Below are positions 1 to 10,759 of a stretch of 39,566 bases of DNA, in pieces (position 1 is the stretch's first letter; each line of letters opens with the position of its first letter). The notes beneath the pieces were generated by a model that made no database searches, was not told the DNA's origin, and saw only the letters and a list, made by a program, of their open reading frames with translations. The stretch covers positions 53,469,185 through 53,508,750 of the forward strand of contig NC_068985.1 of the NCBI RefSeq assembly GCF_001194135.2. The letters are read 5' to 3'. The translations under genes and the position numbers were made by a program. The DNA is from Octopus bimaculoides (Eukaryota).

Positions 1-74
1 CAGAAGAAAACTTTGTGTTCGAAGAAAGTTTTAAAAAGTTCCATTTCACATTCGAAAGTATTTTCTTTCATAAA
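1..74 (-). CDS. ACCS: ACCS-like gene, coding exon E12 (partial, runs off the window): FMKENTFECEMELFKTFFEHKVFF
   Basis: Acceptor tttcattcatttcag|TTT at 75-77. Phase 0 matches the E11 donor. Aligns by eye to human ACCS YLPKGTFEEEMLLWRRFLDNKVLL (recalled). Confidence 0.88.
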
Positions 75-701
75 CTGAAATGAATGAAATATTCTTTATA
101 AATACATTTACATATTTCTTTTTTTATATATGTCAGTGTGGAGGCTAACGGAATATAGTGATCATAAATATTTAACTAGTTATTCTCTTGATTATCAAAT
201 TAATAATTTTAGGCTCAATTCTTGTCAAGAAAGAATGAAGAAGCTTTGCAAGTTGAATTATGTTAAAGACTATTACTATAAGAATCAATTGAACTCGTTC
301 GTACTAGATATAGAAAGTAAAACGAATAAATATATATTTAAATTAAATTATCATCACTATGAGAAGAAACAAAATCATTAGCTTAATGAGTTTGACCTTA
401 ATTTTATTGAAGACAGGAAGAGGAACAATTCCAGCTGTTAAATAAAATTTGAATATGGCATATTTGTACGTTGGTATATTGATTTCTCATTGTGTTTGCA
501 GTAATACATCGTGATTACAAATATAGAATATGGATTTGATTCCAGGCGGTGTGTATTACCTTATAAATATGGACCTGTTTTACTATTTAAGAACATTATG
601 AATAACGAATATGGTGATAGCATTAACGCTTTAACTGACGCTTATGCGTGCGTTTATGTGCGTATGTGTGTGTGTGTGTGCGTGTGTACATACATACATA
701 C

Positions 702-1141
702 ATGATGATGATGGCCGTCCACTCGTGACCGAGAAAGACCATTGCTGACCGTTATGAACATTGTGCGCTTTAGGACTAACTTATATTTTGCATTTGCGGC
801 TCCGTTTGTGGCTAATGAGCCCTGCTCTTGACAAGCATACACGACTGCATACATTGCAGATCAAGCTTTCTCCATTCACTACACCTGCAGTGCGCTTTTG
901 AGCAGTATGCTTAAGCTCTTCTTGCTGAATACGTGCTCTCTCAACGGTGTCGAACTCCTCCTTAACCTGCATTCCTCCATCTGTGGCGATGACAGGCATT
1001 GCTCTCCCGGTCAGACTCCTGCATATCACAGGCCTTTAATGAGGACTTGATACAGTCCTTAAATCGCAGCATTGGTTTCTGCCGGGGTCTCTTTCCACTA
1101 ACAAGTTCCCCATATAGCATCTGTTTCGGTATCCTGTTATC
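702..1141 (-). mobile_element. RTE-clade LINE 3' fragment with (CAT)n tail
   Basis: Translation DNRIPKQMLYGELVSGKRPRQKPMLRFKDCIKSSLK, then C-terminal CNVCSRVCLSRAGLISHKR, a short 3' UTR and ggccatcatcatcat. These are typical RTE ORF ends. Confidence 0.8.
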
Positions 1142-1371
1142 CTTTTGTATGCTATATATACTTGTAAGTCCTGGAGTTTTTGTCATGTATTTGTCTGAAT
1201 GATTTTTTGTCGTACCTATTGCATTGACTATAATAAAAATTGTTTCTTTTTATGCTCCACATTCGAGTTGCCTCTATTTTCAAATCTTTGTATTTTGAAA
1301 GTTTCTCCGTTTCTTTTAAAGAAATGTTATCGCCTGTTGGTATTGATACATCGATTAGAAAGCATTTTTCC
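1142..1371 (-). mobile_element. R4/Dong-type (RLE) LINE fragment, restriction-like endonuclease region
   Basis: CFLIDVSIPTGDNISLKETEKLSKYKDLKIEATRMW; homologous to CLLIDITVPADQNIVQMEMKKLSKYKDLEIEV at 38858-39043. Confidence 0.8.
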
Positions 1372-1398
1372 CTTCTTCTTCTTCTTCTTCTTCTTCTT

Positions 1399-1487
<89 letters not shown>

Positions 1488-1510
1488 CATTATTATTGTT
1501 ATTATTATTT
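1372..1510. repeat. Compound microsatellite (CTT)n(ATT)n
   Basis: Read directly; it explains the poly-I/R/L/F ORFs in the track. Confidence 0.97.
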
Positions 1511-1512
1511 AA

Positions 1513-1794
1513 GGCGGCGAATTGGCAGAATCGTTAGCACGCTGGACGAAACACTTAACGTTCAAATTCTGCTGAGGTCGACTTTGCCTTTCATCCTTTC
1601 GGGGTTGATAAATTAAGTATCAGTCATGTACTGGGGTCGATACGATCGACTTTCCCCCTCACCCAAAATCTCAGGCCTTGTACCTATAGTAGAAAGGATT
1701 ATTATTATTGTTGTTGTTTTGTTATTGCTATTGTTGTTGTTGCTGCTGCTGTTACTGCTATTGTTTTTGTCGTTGTTGTCACTGCTGCTGTTGC

Positions 1795-1828
<34 letters not shown>

Positions 1829-2255
1829 CAGAGGCAGAAATGTTACTACACCGGACAAAATGTTTAGCGGTATTTCCCCCGTTGCTATGTTCTGAGTTCA
1901 AGTTCCGCCGAGGTCGACTTTGCCTTTCATCCTTTCGGGGTAAATAAATTAAGTACCAGTTGAGTACTGGGGTCGATGTAATCGACTAAAACCCTCTCCC
2001 CAAATTTCAGGCCCTGTCTCTATAGTAGAAAGGATTATTATTATCATTATTTAAGCACGCCAGACAAAATGCTTGGCAACATTTCGTCCGTCTTTACGTT
2101 CTGAGTTCAAATTCCGCCGAAGTCGACTTTGCCTTTCATCCTTTCGAGCTCGATGAATTAAGTACTAGTTGAGCACTGGGTCAATATAATTGACTTATCT
2201 CCTACCCTAGAATTTCAGGTGGTGTGTCTATAACAAAAGAGTTATTATTATTTTT
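1513..2255 (+). mobile_element. Three head-to-tail copies of tRNA-derived SINE family A (tail type A1, (ATT)n)
   Basis: Head ggcggcgaattggcagaatcg (A-box-like), gagttcaaattcc (B-box-like), core gtcgactttgcctttcatcctttcggggtcgataaa, end tatagtagaaaggattatt. Copies start at ~1513, ~1830 and ~2053; a (TTG/CTG)n tract at 1708-1828 separates copies 1 and 2. Confidence 0.85.
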
Positions 2256-2274
2256 ATTTTTATATATAACTCAC

Positions 2275-2417
2275 CTTACAGAAGTTTGCCCAAATGAAGA
2301 ACCCTCCACTGGAACGGTACACTGTTACTCCCTTAGATTCTAGTTGACTCACAGCCATTTCATAAGTTTCGCTCATTCGTTCTCTTAATGTTGGGAAATA
2401 AATATTCTTAAACCAGT
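2275..2417 (-). CDS. ACCS: ACCS-like exon E11 (143 bp): (D)WFKNIYFPTLRERMSETYEMAVSQLESKGVTVYRSSGGFFIWANFCK
   Basis: Acceptor caattttcag, donor AAG|gtgagt. Open frame; matches human DWINQVYLP...AGFFIWVDLRK (recalled). Confidence 0.95.
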
Positions 2418-2649
2418 CTGAAAATTGAATTGAACATTCACTTTAACAAGCAAACATCAAATTATAACATGAAAGACATATTTGGTCTGAGCACAAGGCT
2501 GAGAAACATTCAGAAAAGGAATTATATTTTGGATTAACATCAGTTCTTTATGTCAGTATTTAAAAAAGAAATGAAAGTTAAAGTCATTCTAAGAAAATTT
2601 TATTGCAAGAAACGAATTGGCTGAACCAGTTATATAAAGTAGAGCATCG

Positions 2650-2938
2650 ATCGCTCGTCTTCTTTGCGCCACGAACTGGTTTCGTTCACGATATTTTTTC
2701 CACGGACCGGGAGACTACGCGTATAAGAAAGTACAATGAAGTGCATATAATATAATTTGATTATTACATATATATTACGTATATAATACACATATAATGT
2801 AAAAGCATCTTGCAGAGTAGGATACTCAATAATATGGATATAATATGTAATAATTTGTTATTTTTTCTCTGTGCGGCAAGGTGCCAAATGATCACCGGCC
2901 CAGTACTGGTCCCCTGTTCGATGGTTTGGAACCTCTGA
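2650..2938. mobile_element. Probable hAT/Charlie-like MITE remnant
   Basis: Left part tttgcgccacgaactggtttcg...ttccacggaccggg and right end ccggcccagtactggtcc...ggtttggaacctctg resemble Charlie-type MITE subterminal motifs. The left TIR is degenerate. Confidence 0.45.
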
Positions 2939-3882
2939 TCTAGAAAGTTAATCTGTGTTGATTTAGTCAAATACAAAAACCATATAGCGGTCCTGGTATC
3001 ATGTAATTTAGAGTAGTTGTTCATCGTTTCCATGCAGAGAAGTAAACCAAAGCTCCTGAATATAAACCAGAACTCCTAAAATCTATATCACATGAAATGA
3101 CATGCTAGTTGATTTTCGAATTTAGGCACAAGACCACTTTTTTTTTCTGGGAAGCTGACTAGTCAATACCATCACTCCAGTATTTGACTGGTACTTAGTA
3201 GCAGAGAAAGAATCATAAAGACAGAACACACACACACACACACACACGGGTGAGTGTGCGTAACTTCTATCATATAAAATCAACACGGTGATTAATTTTC
3301 TTTTTGATTTCTTTTTATCTATGGAATGTTGCTTTATTTTATTTTATTTTATTTTAAGGTAAGATATTTTGAAAAGTAGTATTCCTGTCATCATTTTGTA
3401 TAAAAAAAGTTATAATTATGATTATTACATGAATGCCATATTTCCTGATGTTACCTACAGTGGCAAAAGTGTACTTTCAAAGTTACCAGTCAAATGACGG
3501 ATAACAATTTTGTTAAAAAATATTTTTTATGGGCAAGTATATAATAATTTATTTGTTTTTTTTTTAAAGAGAAAAAGAATATTTTTTAGACGTAACAGTA
3601 GCAATTAATGTGTATAGTATATTACAGCAATTCCACAACAGTTCGTGAGTTTAGTTAAACACCAATTTCTAAAAGATAATTAAGCAACTGTTCAGTAATT
3701 TCCAGGAACATACCCTGTAACAATTTCTATAGAAATAACATTTATTGCAGTAAGTATATAATTATATTTATTACTTAAAACGTCATAATTGGAGCAGATA
3801 TATTTTGCGGAATATTTTGATGTACTTAAAGCTAAATTTTACGAATAACATTACGAAGCCTCATTAAATGTGGTTTCCAATG

Positions 3883-4413
3883 AGATTTTGGCAGAAGGCC
3901 TCAGTGTTCAAATGGTACTTATTTCATCGACCCCGAAAGAATAGAAGGCAAAGTCAACCTCGGCGAAATTTGAATCCAGAATGTAAAGGACCGGATGAAA
4001 CGCAGTAAAACATTTTGTCCGATGTACTAACAACTCTGCCAGTTCGTCGCCTTGTAATCGTTTTACAATAATGTTAATTTTGGGCACAAGGTCAGCAGTT
4101 TTGATGAAAAGGGGGAGCCGATTACATCGAATGTAGTGCTCAACTGGTACTTTTTTAATATTCTGCGCAAGGACGAAAGGCAAAGTCAACCTCGGCGGAA
4201 TTTGAACTGAGAGCATAAAGAATCTGAAGAAACGTCGCTAAGCATTTTTGCTCGACGTGCTAATGATTCTGCCAGCTCTGCTCCTTTAGTGGTTTTGAAA
4301 TAATCCTTTCCCCTATAAGCACAAGGCCTGAAATTTTGGGGGAGGGAGGGAGGAGTTAGTCGATTACATCGATTCTAGTGCTCGATGGTACAGGTACATC
4401 CTGCTCGCCACCT
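3883..4413 (-). mobile_element. Three tandem SINE family A copies in reverse orientation (outer two internally deleted)
   Basis: Reverse-complement core aaaggcaaagtcaacctcggcggaatttgaact. Heads end at ~4052, ~4287 and ~4413. Confidence 0.8.
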
Positions 4414-4545
4414 TGTTGTGGTTTTGCAATAAATATTGTTGAAAAAAATTACCACTACGATACGTAGGCTATACATGCATAAGTCAGGGAAAATCTCGTA
4501 TTTATATATAAAAAAAATCTTTAAATGTTTTACCGTCAAACTTAC

Positions 4546-4687
4546 CAATGTCTTCAATGAAACGAGTGAGCAAGTTTTGAACTACCATGGATATTCCAGA
4601 ATAGAAAGACACTTTACGCATGAAACTGAGCAGTTTGTCGTTTTGGCTGTACAGTACTCCACATCGGAAACCTGACAAAGCCAAGTC
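4546..4687 (-). CDS. ACCS: ACCS-like exon E10 (142 bp): DLALSGFRCGVLYSQNDKLLSFMRKVSFYSGISMVVQNLLTRFIEDI
   Basis: Acceptor ttgttttgtag, donor G|gtaagt. Carries the DxxxSGFRxG motif that follows the PLP lysine. Confidence 0.96.
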
Positions 4688-4892
4688 CTACAAAACAATA
4701 TTAATCAATAGGTTAACCCTTTGACAATAATAAATAAATAAATAAATAAATAAATAAACGCATCAAATTTGTCATGTCTTTCTCAGAAACCTGCTTCAAT
4801 GGTAAAGTTTAAAGTGAAAACAGATCTGCTATATTGATTCCTAGTTCGTGCTTCTAACATAACACAAGGAGTTATCATACTAAGCAATGAGG

Positions 4893-5000
4893 GAACCGCA
4901 TTTAGTCACTCGACCTGCTAGAAATAGCAACTAAATTGCCTTCAAATTACTATTGCTGTCTTACATAAAAGTGAATATATTAAATGATGGAGTGTCCTGC
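4893..5000 (+). mobile_element. SINE-like repeat family E fragment (related copies at ~6700-6860 and ~35715-35890)
   Basis: Shared motif tcgacctgctagaaatagcaactaaat / ttgatctgctaaaacagtagcgaactctccctcaagtc. Copies are diverged and boundaries approximate. Confidence 0.4.
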
Positions 5001-5687
5001 ATCATCATACCCTTTTAAAATATGGCAACATGATCACGCTTGGAACGAATTTTTGAAATGGTCGATTATAGTTTACATAAAGTTGAACGACAAGAAGAAG
5101 AAGAAGTTACATTTTTTAAACATAGGACTGCTTTTGATATCTGTATTTCAAAATATCTTCCTGATCTTTAAACCATCGTCACGAAAGAAAAATCTTTCAG
5201 CGCTATAAAACATGTGAAGTTACACAACCATAGAAAAGGATCAATACTGGCTAATATTTCAGCCACTTTTGTACCACTTTATATACGGGATTTCGAGTTC
5301 GATCCTACTACGTGGCACTGTTGACAAGTGTTATCCACTATAGCTTCGAGTCGACCAATATGTTATGGTTATGAATTGTTAAATGGAGACTGTGCAGAAA
5401 CCTGTCATATATACACATATTCATGCAGGTGTATATATGAGCGTATACGTGCGTATGTGTTATCGGAGAAGGCTATAAACATCGGCAAAAAAACCCCGGA
5501 AAAACTGGTACTTTACAACGAAATTCCCTTGAATTGTTTACTATTACTACTGTCTGACATAGAGATAAACAGTGCCTGGTCAGTTAGAAACTCGTGACCA
5601 ACAGCTCTATTGCTTACCGATTGCTATAGAAACTAAATAAATAGGAGCAGGCGTGGGTCATATGTGTAGGCGTGGCTCATATGCGCC

Positions 5688-6091
5688 GGCATGGCTGTGT
5701 GGTAAGAAGCTTGCTTCTCAACCACACGGCTCCGAGTTCAGTCCCACTGCGTGGGACCTTGGGAAAATGTCTTCTACTATAGCCTCGGGCCGACCAAAGC
5801 CTTGTGAGTGGATTTGGTAGACGGAAACTGAAAGAAGCCCATCGAATATATATATACCTAAGTGAGTGTGTCTTTGTGTCTGAGTTTTTCCCCCGATTAC
5901 CTCTTGGCAACCGGTGTTAGTGTGTTTATGTCCTCGTAACTTAGCGGTTCGGCAAAAAAGACCGATAGAATAAGTACTAGGCTTGAAAAATGAGTCCTGG
6001 AATAGATTTGTTTGACTAAAATCTTTCAAGGTGTTGCTCAAGCATGGCCGCAGTCAAATAATTGAAACAAGTAAAAGAATTAAAGAAGAAA

Positions 6092-6122
<31 letters not shown>

Positions 6123-6124
6123 AT
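5688..6124 (+). mobile_element. Full-length bipartite tRNA-derived SINE family C with internal microsatellite linker and (AAAT)n tail
   Basis: Head tggctgtgtggtaagaag...gagttcagtccc, CORE-like gaccttgggaaaatgtcttct, (TA/TG) linker, 3' module ...gcatggccgcagtcaaataattgaaacaagtaaaag. A related degenerate copy is at ~5270-5430. Confidence 0.85.
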
Positions 6125-6326
6125 CGACAAATAAGTAAGTCAATAAATCCCACGTTGCAGACTTTTTTCCATTATTTTTCGTGCTCATCGAACCTTCGTC
6201 CCAACCTATATCAAATATCCTATGTTACCCAAATACGACTCTCAACTACAATCAATGGAATTACCTTAGACAGTTCAACTTGTGAATCACCCAATAGTTT
6301 CTTATAACAATATTCAAGTATTTTAC

Positions 6327-6459
6327 CTTACTGAATCCCCACAGGACATGTGTTTTGGTCGGTTGTGGAATATTCATGGACAAAACACTCATTGGTTCTG
6401 CATCAGTGCCAAATATCGATAACCCGTAGATCTCATCAAATATGGCGTGGAGGTCAAAA
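6327..6459 (-). CDS. ACCS: ACCS-like exon E9 (133 bp): FDLHAIFDEIYGLSIFGTDAEPMSVLSMNIPQPTKTHVLWGFSK (ends in the PLP lysine)
   Basis: Acceptor ttcctttgcag, donor AAG|gtaaaa. Contains the DEIY and SK motifs of class I aminotransferases. Confidence 0.96.
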
Positions 6460-6862
6460 CTGCAAAGGAATTCACAGATTAGGAACAATAAATTATAAGT
6501 TTTTCAAAATATAAACTTGAAACCATCGACATTTCCAAATATGTTCGTTTTCCTCCCTCTCCCTATATACAGTTACCTCTTCTACTGAATAGACAACATC
6601 TAAACGATTTCTTGTTTTGACATGATTTGAAAATGTAGTGGTAGGTATTTAGTTGCTGAATATACCCCAGTAAAAGAAGCCTCTATACAGCTTTTCCATC
6701 TGTGAAAAATAGCAACCAAATTTTCAACAAATCATATATTACCGGTTTAAATCAGGAAGACTATATTAGATGATATTTACCCAGAAAAGACGTAAAATGT
6801 AAAGTAACGGCTGGGACATCACTGATCATAGATCTGTTCCACTAAGACTGACTTGGCTTCTA

Positions 6863-8392
6863 TACTGAACTACAAAAGAAACGTTGCACTGTAAAAGAGC
6901 ATTTGTTTCACACACGATCTTGAGATTATATAGATTATATCACATTTCTAGGTAATTTGACATCAGGAAGATGTCACTGACCCACAACACCACTCTCCTT
7001 TGAAAACACAAGGATTGCTTGTAGGGTTCGAACACGCTCACTTTTCGTGAACATAGTAATACTCGCGAACGCATCTTTATGAAAATCATGATGTACGTAC
7101 AAAACGTCGACTCACTGGGTATAAAAAGCACTCAAATTTACCAGCCTGTCATTCCTTCCGCGAACGCAGCAAGCATGCCAAGACTGACACGAAATCAGGA
7201 GTAAGCCATCGGACGTCGCCATGCTGGTCAACGTCCATGGGTCATTGCTAATGACTTGAACTGCAGTATTCGGACAATTGAGCGACCGAGGGAACGATAC
7301 ACTTCCACAAACAGCATGGATAATCGCCCACGCAGTAGCCGACCAAGGGTTACAACGGCACGTCAAGATCACCACTTACACCTACAGCACTCGCAGGAGT
7401 GCAACTGAATCAGCTAGGCAGACCATAGGGACTCACCACAGACCCATTTGTGCAGAGACAGTTCGCTGTCGACTGGGATCGCTCAATCTGTCTTGTCGAC
7501 GTCCGGCTAGGGGCCATTCTCACAGATAGTCATCAACGGGCACGTCTGCAGTGGGTTCATAAACGTCAGAACTGGCGATATCAGCAGTGGAGGACTGTAG
7601 TCTTCCCTGACGAAAGTCGATATTGCATTTCTGTGGCAATGGCAGAGTTAGGGTTTGGAGAAGAAGGGATGAACGTCATGCTGATGGCTGTGTGGTGGAG
7701 AGAGAGACTCGTGGGGAGGACAGAGTATCATGATATGTGGCGGGATTGCACTCAAACAAAAACTTGGACTGGTGGTCTTCCAAAACATCGGCCAAGGCTG
7801 GGGCAATGGAGTAACTGCTGCTCGCTACATCGACCAAGTATTGAGACCTCACATTGTGCCATATTTTTCCCGTCATGGGAATCACGTGTTCCAACAAGAC
7901 AACGTCTGTACCCATACTGCCAGGTTGACAACTGACTTCCTCCAATAGCACATCCAGACACTGCCATGACCTGCCCTGCGTCCGGACTTGAACCCCATAG
8001 AGCACCTGTGGGACGAAATCCAAAGATGGCTAAATGATATCCGTCCAAAGCCGACAAATGCGGCATAACTCACTGCAAGTTTTAAAAGAGTGTGGGCTGC
8101 TATCCCCATGGCCTTCATCAATTGTTTGGTGCATTCAATATACAGAAGATGCCTGGCGGTAATCAACACTCACAGTGGTCACACGAGATATTGAGCTCAT
8201 CTCTTTGGATCCAGGACATTCCGTCATCACATGACACCATGTGACGTCAAACATATTTCAAGAAACGGCGTTTTATCATTAGGAAAGATCGTTTTTTTTT
8301 TAAATTAGTACTCTTCAATCAATGCTATAGCAGTCTATTAATAAACCGGTTTCTATTTAGTATGTGTGCAACGTTTCTTTTGTGGTTCAGTA
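6863..8392 (+). mobile_element. Full-length Tc1-family DNA transposon (1530 bp)
   Basis: 27-bp TIRs 6863-6889 and 8366-8392 (TACTGAACyACAAAAGAAACGTTGCAC, 1 mismatch), TA at 6861-6862 and 8393-8394, internal transposase. Confidence 0.95.
7175..8194 (+). pseudogene. Tc1 DDE transposase pseudogene
   Basis: MPRLTRNQ start; VVFPDESRY, FQQDN, PDLNPIEHLWD and HTRY* motifs. At least 3 frameshifts and several stops. 33 codons separate D2 and E in this copy (canonical 34). Confidence 0.92.
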
Positions 8393-8899
8393 TATATCGA
8401 CAATATTGATGTTTAAATCCGTTTATGTTCGATGTTGTCTTTCAAATATCTGTCCTCGGATATAATGAAAGGCAACAGCTATCAAGGCTAGATTTGAAGA
8501 CAGACTATAACCGAATACCGTTTGGCACCACCTAGCATGACGCTCAGCACAACACTACACCATATGCCATGTAAAGTAATTGTATTAATATAATTAAATA
8601 CTACAATGCTAGCGAGAACCCTTTACGTTTTATAAATGTTCTTTCTCTTTTGATGCATAAATTTATAAATTGTCATGACACTTTCATGATTTTAGACTTC
8701 GATTGTCTTTGATTTCGCTCCATAGTTAAAGATGTTTAAACTGTAACTCTCGAACGCAAGTCGTGACAGAGAATACTACTAATTTTTTAATTTTATTATA
8801 ATATGTAGTCCCTCATTTCAGAGAAGTAGTGGCTCGACTTGGAGAGATTCCCTGAACTCTGAGCTATGCACCCTGTAGTGTAACTTTACTTCATTTCGG

Positions 8900-9236
8900 C
8901 CGTTTGTATTCGCGATCGTAATCTTTCAGTCATTAACGAACTTCCATGAGCGTTGGTGCTATTGCGGTAAGTCACAAGTCCGGTACTATGGATGTGTGAT
9001 TAGAACGTCACAGGAAATAATTACAAGACGGATTCTTCAAGCCGAGCCAACCATAAGGAGACCTAGGATAGACCAAAAACGAAGTGGTTGGATCATATCC
9101 ATAGTCTCAGTTGGTCATCTTGTGGAATCCAACCTGAGAATTTACTGACGGTTGTTTCTGATAGAACTGAGGACTCTAACCCAACGACTATAACAGGAAT
9201 AGTGAGTGGAGAAGATGGATGGGTGGATGGATGAAT
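8900..9236 (+). mobile_element. RTE (Expander/Rex3-like) LINE 3' fragment with (GATG)n tail
   Basis: Frameshifted SQVRYYGCVIRTSQEIITRRILQAEPT-RRP-RPKTKWLDHIHSLSWSSCGIQPENLL, ending gaagatggatgggtggatggatg. Confidence 0.65.
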
Positions 9237-9253
9237 ATATTATGTTGTATTAA

Positions 9254-9695
9254 GGCAGTGAGCTGGCAGAACCGTTAACACGTTGGACAAAATGCTCAGC
9301 GGCATTTCTGGCGACACTTTACGTTCTGAGTTCAAATTCCACCGAGGTCGATTCTGCCTTTTATCTTTTCGGGGTCAATGAAATACGTACCAGTTGATCA
9401 CTAGGGTAAATGTAATTGACTTGTCTCCTCCCCTGAAAATTACTGGCCTTGTGCCAAATCTGAAAGCGTTATTAATGAAGCAACCAAGGGGGTGAGCTGT
9501 CAGACTAGTTGAAGCATCAGTAAAACCCCTTTGCGGTTTTTCTTCAAATTCCATCGAGGTCGACTTCACATTACATACTTCCTGAGTCATTAAAATAAAT
9601 ACCAGCTTGATACTATGGTCGATGTAATCGACTTGCCACCTACCCTCAAAATTGCTGACCATGTCCCAAAATTTGAAACCGTTATTTAATGAAGC
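9254..9695 (+). mobile_element. Two tandem SINE family A copies (tail type A2, ...gccaaa(t)ttgaaa)
   Basis: Heads at 9254 and ~9486; shared core. The second copy is flanked by a cgttatt(t)aatgaagc direct repeat. Confidence 0.8.
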
Positions 9696-9806
9696 GATTA
9701 AAGTAAGATTCACATGAGTAAAATATGTCTGATGGATCTTTACCGAACTGTTATACTTGAATAGATAAATGGGTGATTAGGTTATTGTTAAGCAAATCTC
9801 ACTTAC

Positions 9807-9907
9807 CTTTTAGCGAATTGAAAAATAATTTCGATTTCGTTCTTCGGCAGCAAACGTCCAGTTGGATTATTCGGGTTGATAACTAATATACCTTTGATTG
9901 AGTAACC
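9807..9907 (-). CDS. ACCS: ACCS-like exon E8 (101 bp): GYSIKGILVINPNNPTGRLLPKNEIEIIFQFAK(S)
   Basis: Acceptor aaacttcag, donor AG|gtaagt, NPxNPxG motif. Phase 2 joins E9. Confidence 0.96.
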
Positions 9908-10042
9908 CTGAAGTTTAAAATAGCGTCTAGGATTATTAAAGACTATATATATAGAGAGAGAGTTAGCCGTCAAATGAGGAGTAACTTTGGGGGTATACCT
10001 TTCCCACCATCGGTAATATATCAGAAAATATGACACGCCTAC

Positions 10043-10450
10043 AATATTTATCGTCATTCTACCTGTTTCAGTCATTGGGCTGCGGCCATGCTGGGGCACC
10101 GCCTTGAAGTTTTTGTTTTAGTCGAACAATGAAAGTATGATTCCAGTACTTACTTTTTAAAACCTGGCACTTATTCTACCAGTTTCATTTGCCGAACCAC
10201 TAAGTTACGGGTACGTAAACAAACCAACAATGGTTGGAAAGAGATGGTTAGGGACAAACAAAAACACAAACACACACACACGTACATACATACATACATA
10301 CATACATACATGCATGCATACATACATACATACACACATACGTATACATATACATGCGTATATATATATATATATATACACACACATACATACATACATA
10401 CGACAGGTTTCTTATAGTTTCCGTCTACCAAATCCACTCACAAGGATTTT
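10043..10450 (-). mobile_element. SINE family C, head missing, expanded (CATA)n linker
   Basis: Reverse complement of both C modules flanking the microsatellite at 10270-10400. Confidence 0.8.
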
Positions 10451-10759
10451 AACTTTAATCAAATTTCTTGGTACTTATCTGGATTAACGTAATGAATACT
10501 AATTTTCAAAACAAAAATATTTAATAATATTAAATAAAACAAATTAATCATTTGCATAAACTCTTCCCATAACTACTTCACCATTTACTTCCACTCTTCC
10601 TCTTCCCCCTCCTCTGCTTCTTTGATTCTTTCCCTTTAATTGTGCATGTGTGTGTGTAGTGTTCCACTATTATTCCCCCCTATCCCCACTCTCTGCACGA
10701 TATAAAGCGTGAATGGAGAGATCAATCAACCAACCAACCAACTTTTATATCGTCTGTTA

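Noticed and set aside
130-705. Plus-strand ORFs 130-381 and 511-705
   Set aside because: AT-rich intron sequence antisense to ACCS with no recognisable domain.
1152-1947. Long ORFs with poly-I, poly-R, poly-L, poly-N or poly-C (also 22529-22870 and 36015-37118)
   Set aside because: They are translations of trinucleotide microsatellites that lack stops; no coding evidence.
4620-4690. Degenerate hammerhead-like words (ccgatg...cagccaaaacg) on the minus strand
   Set aside because: The segment is ACCS exon E10; there is no CUGAnGA core or stem II.
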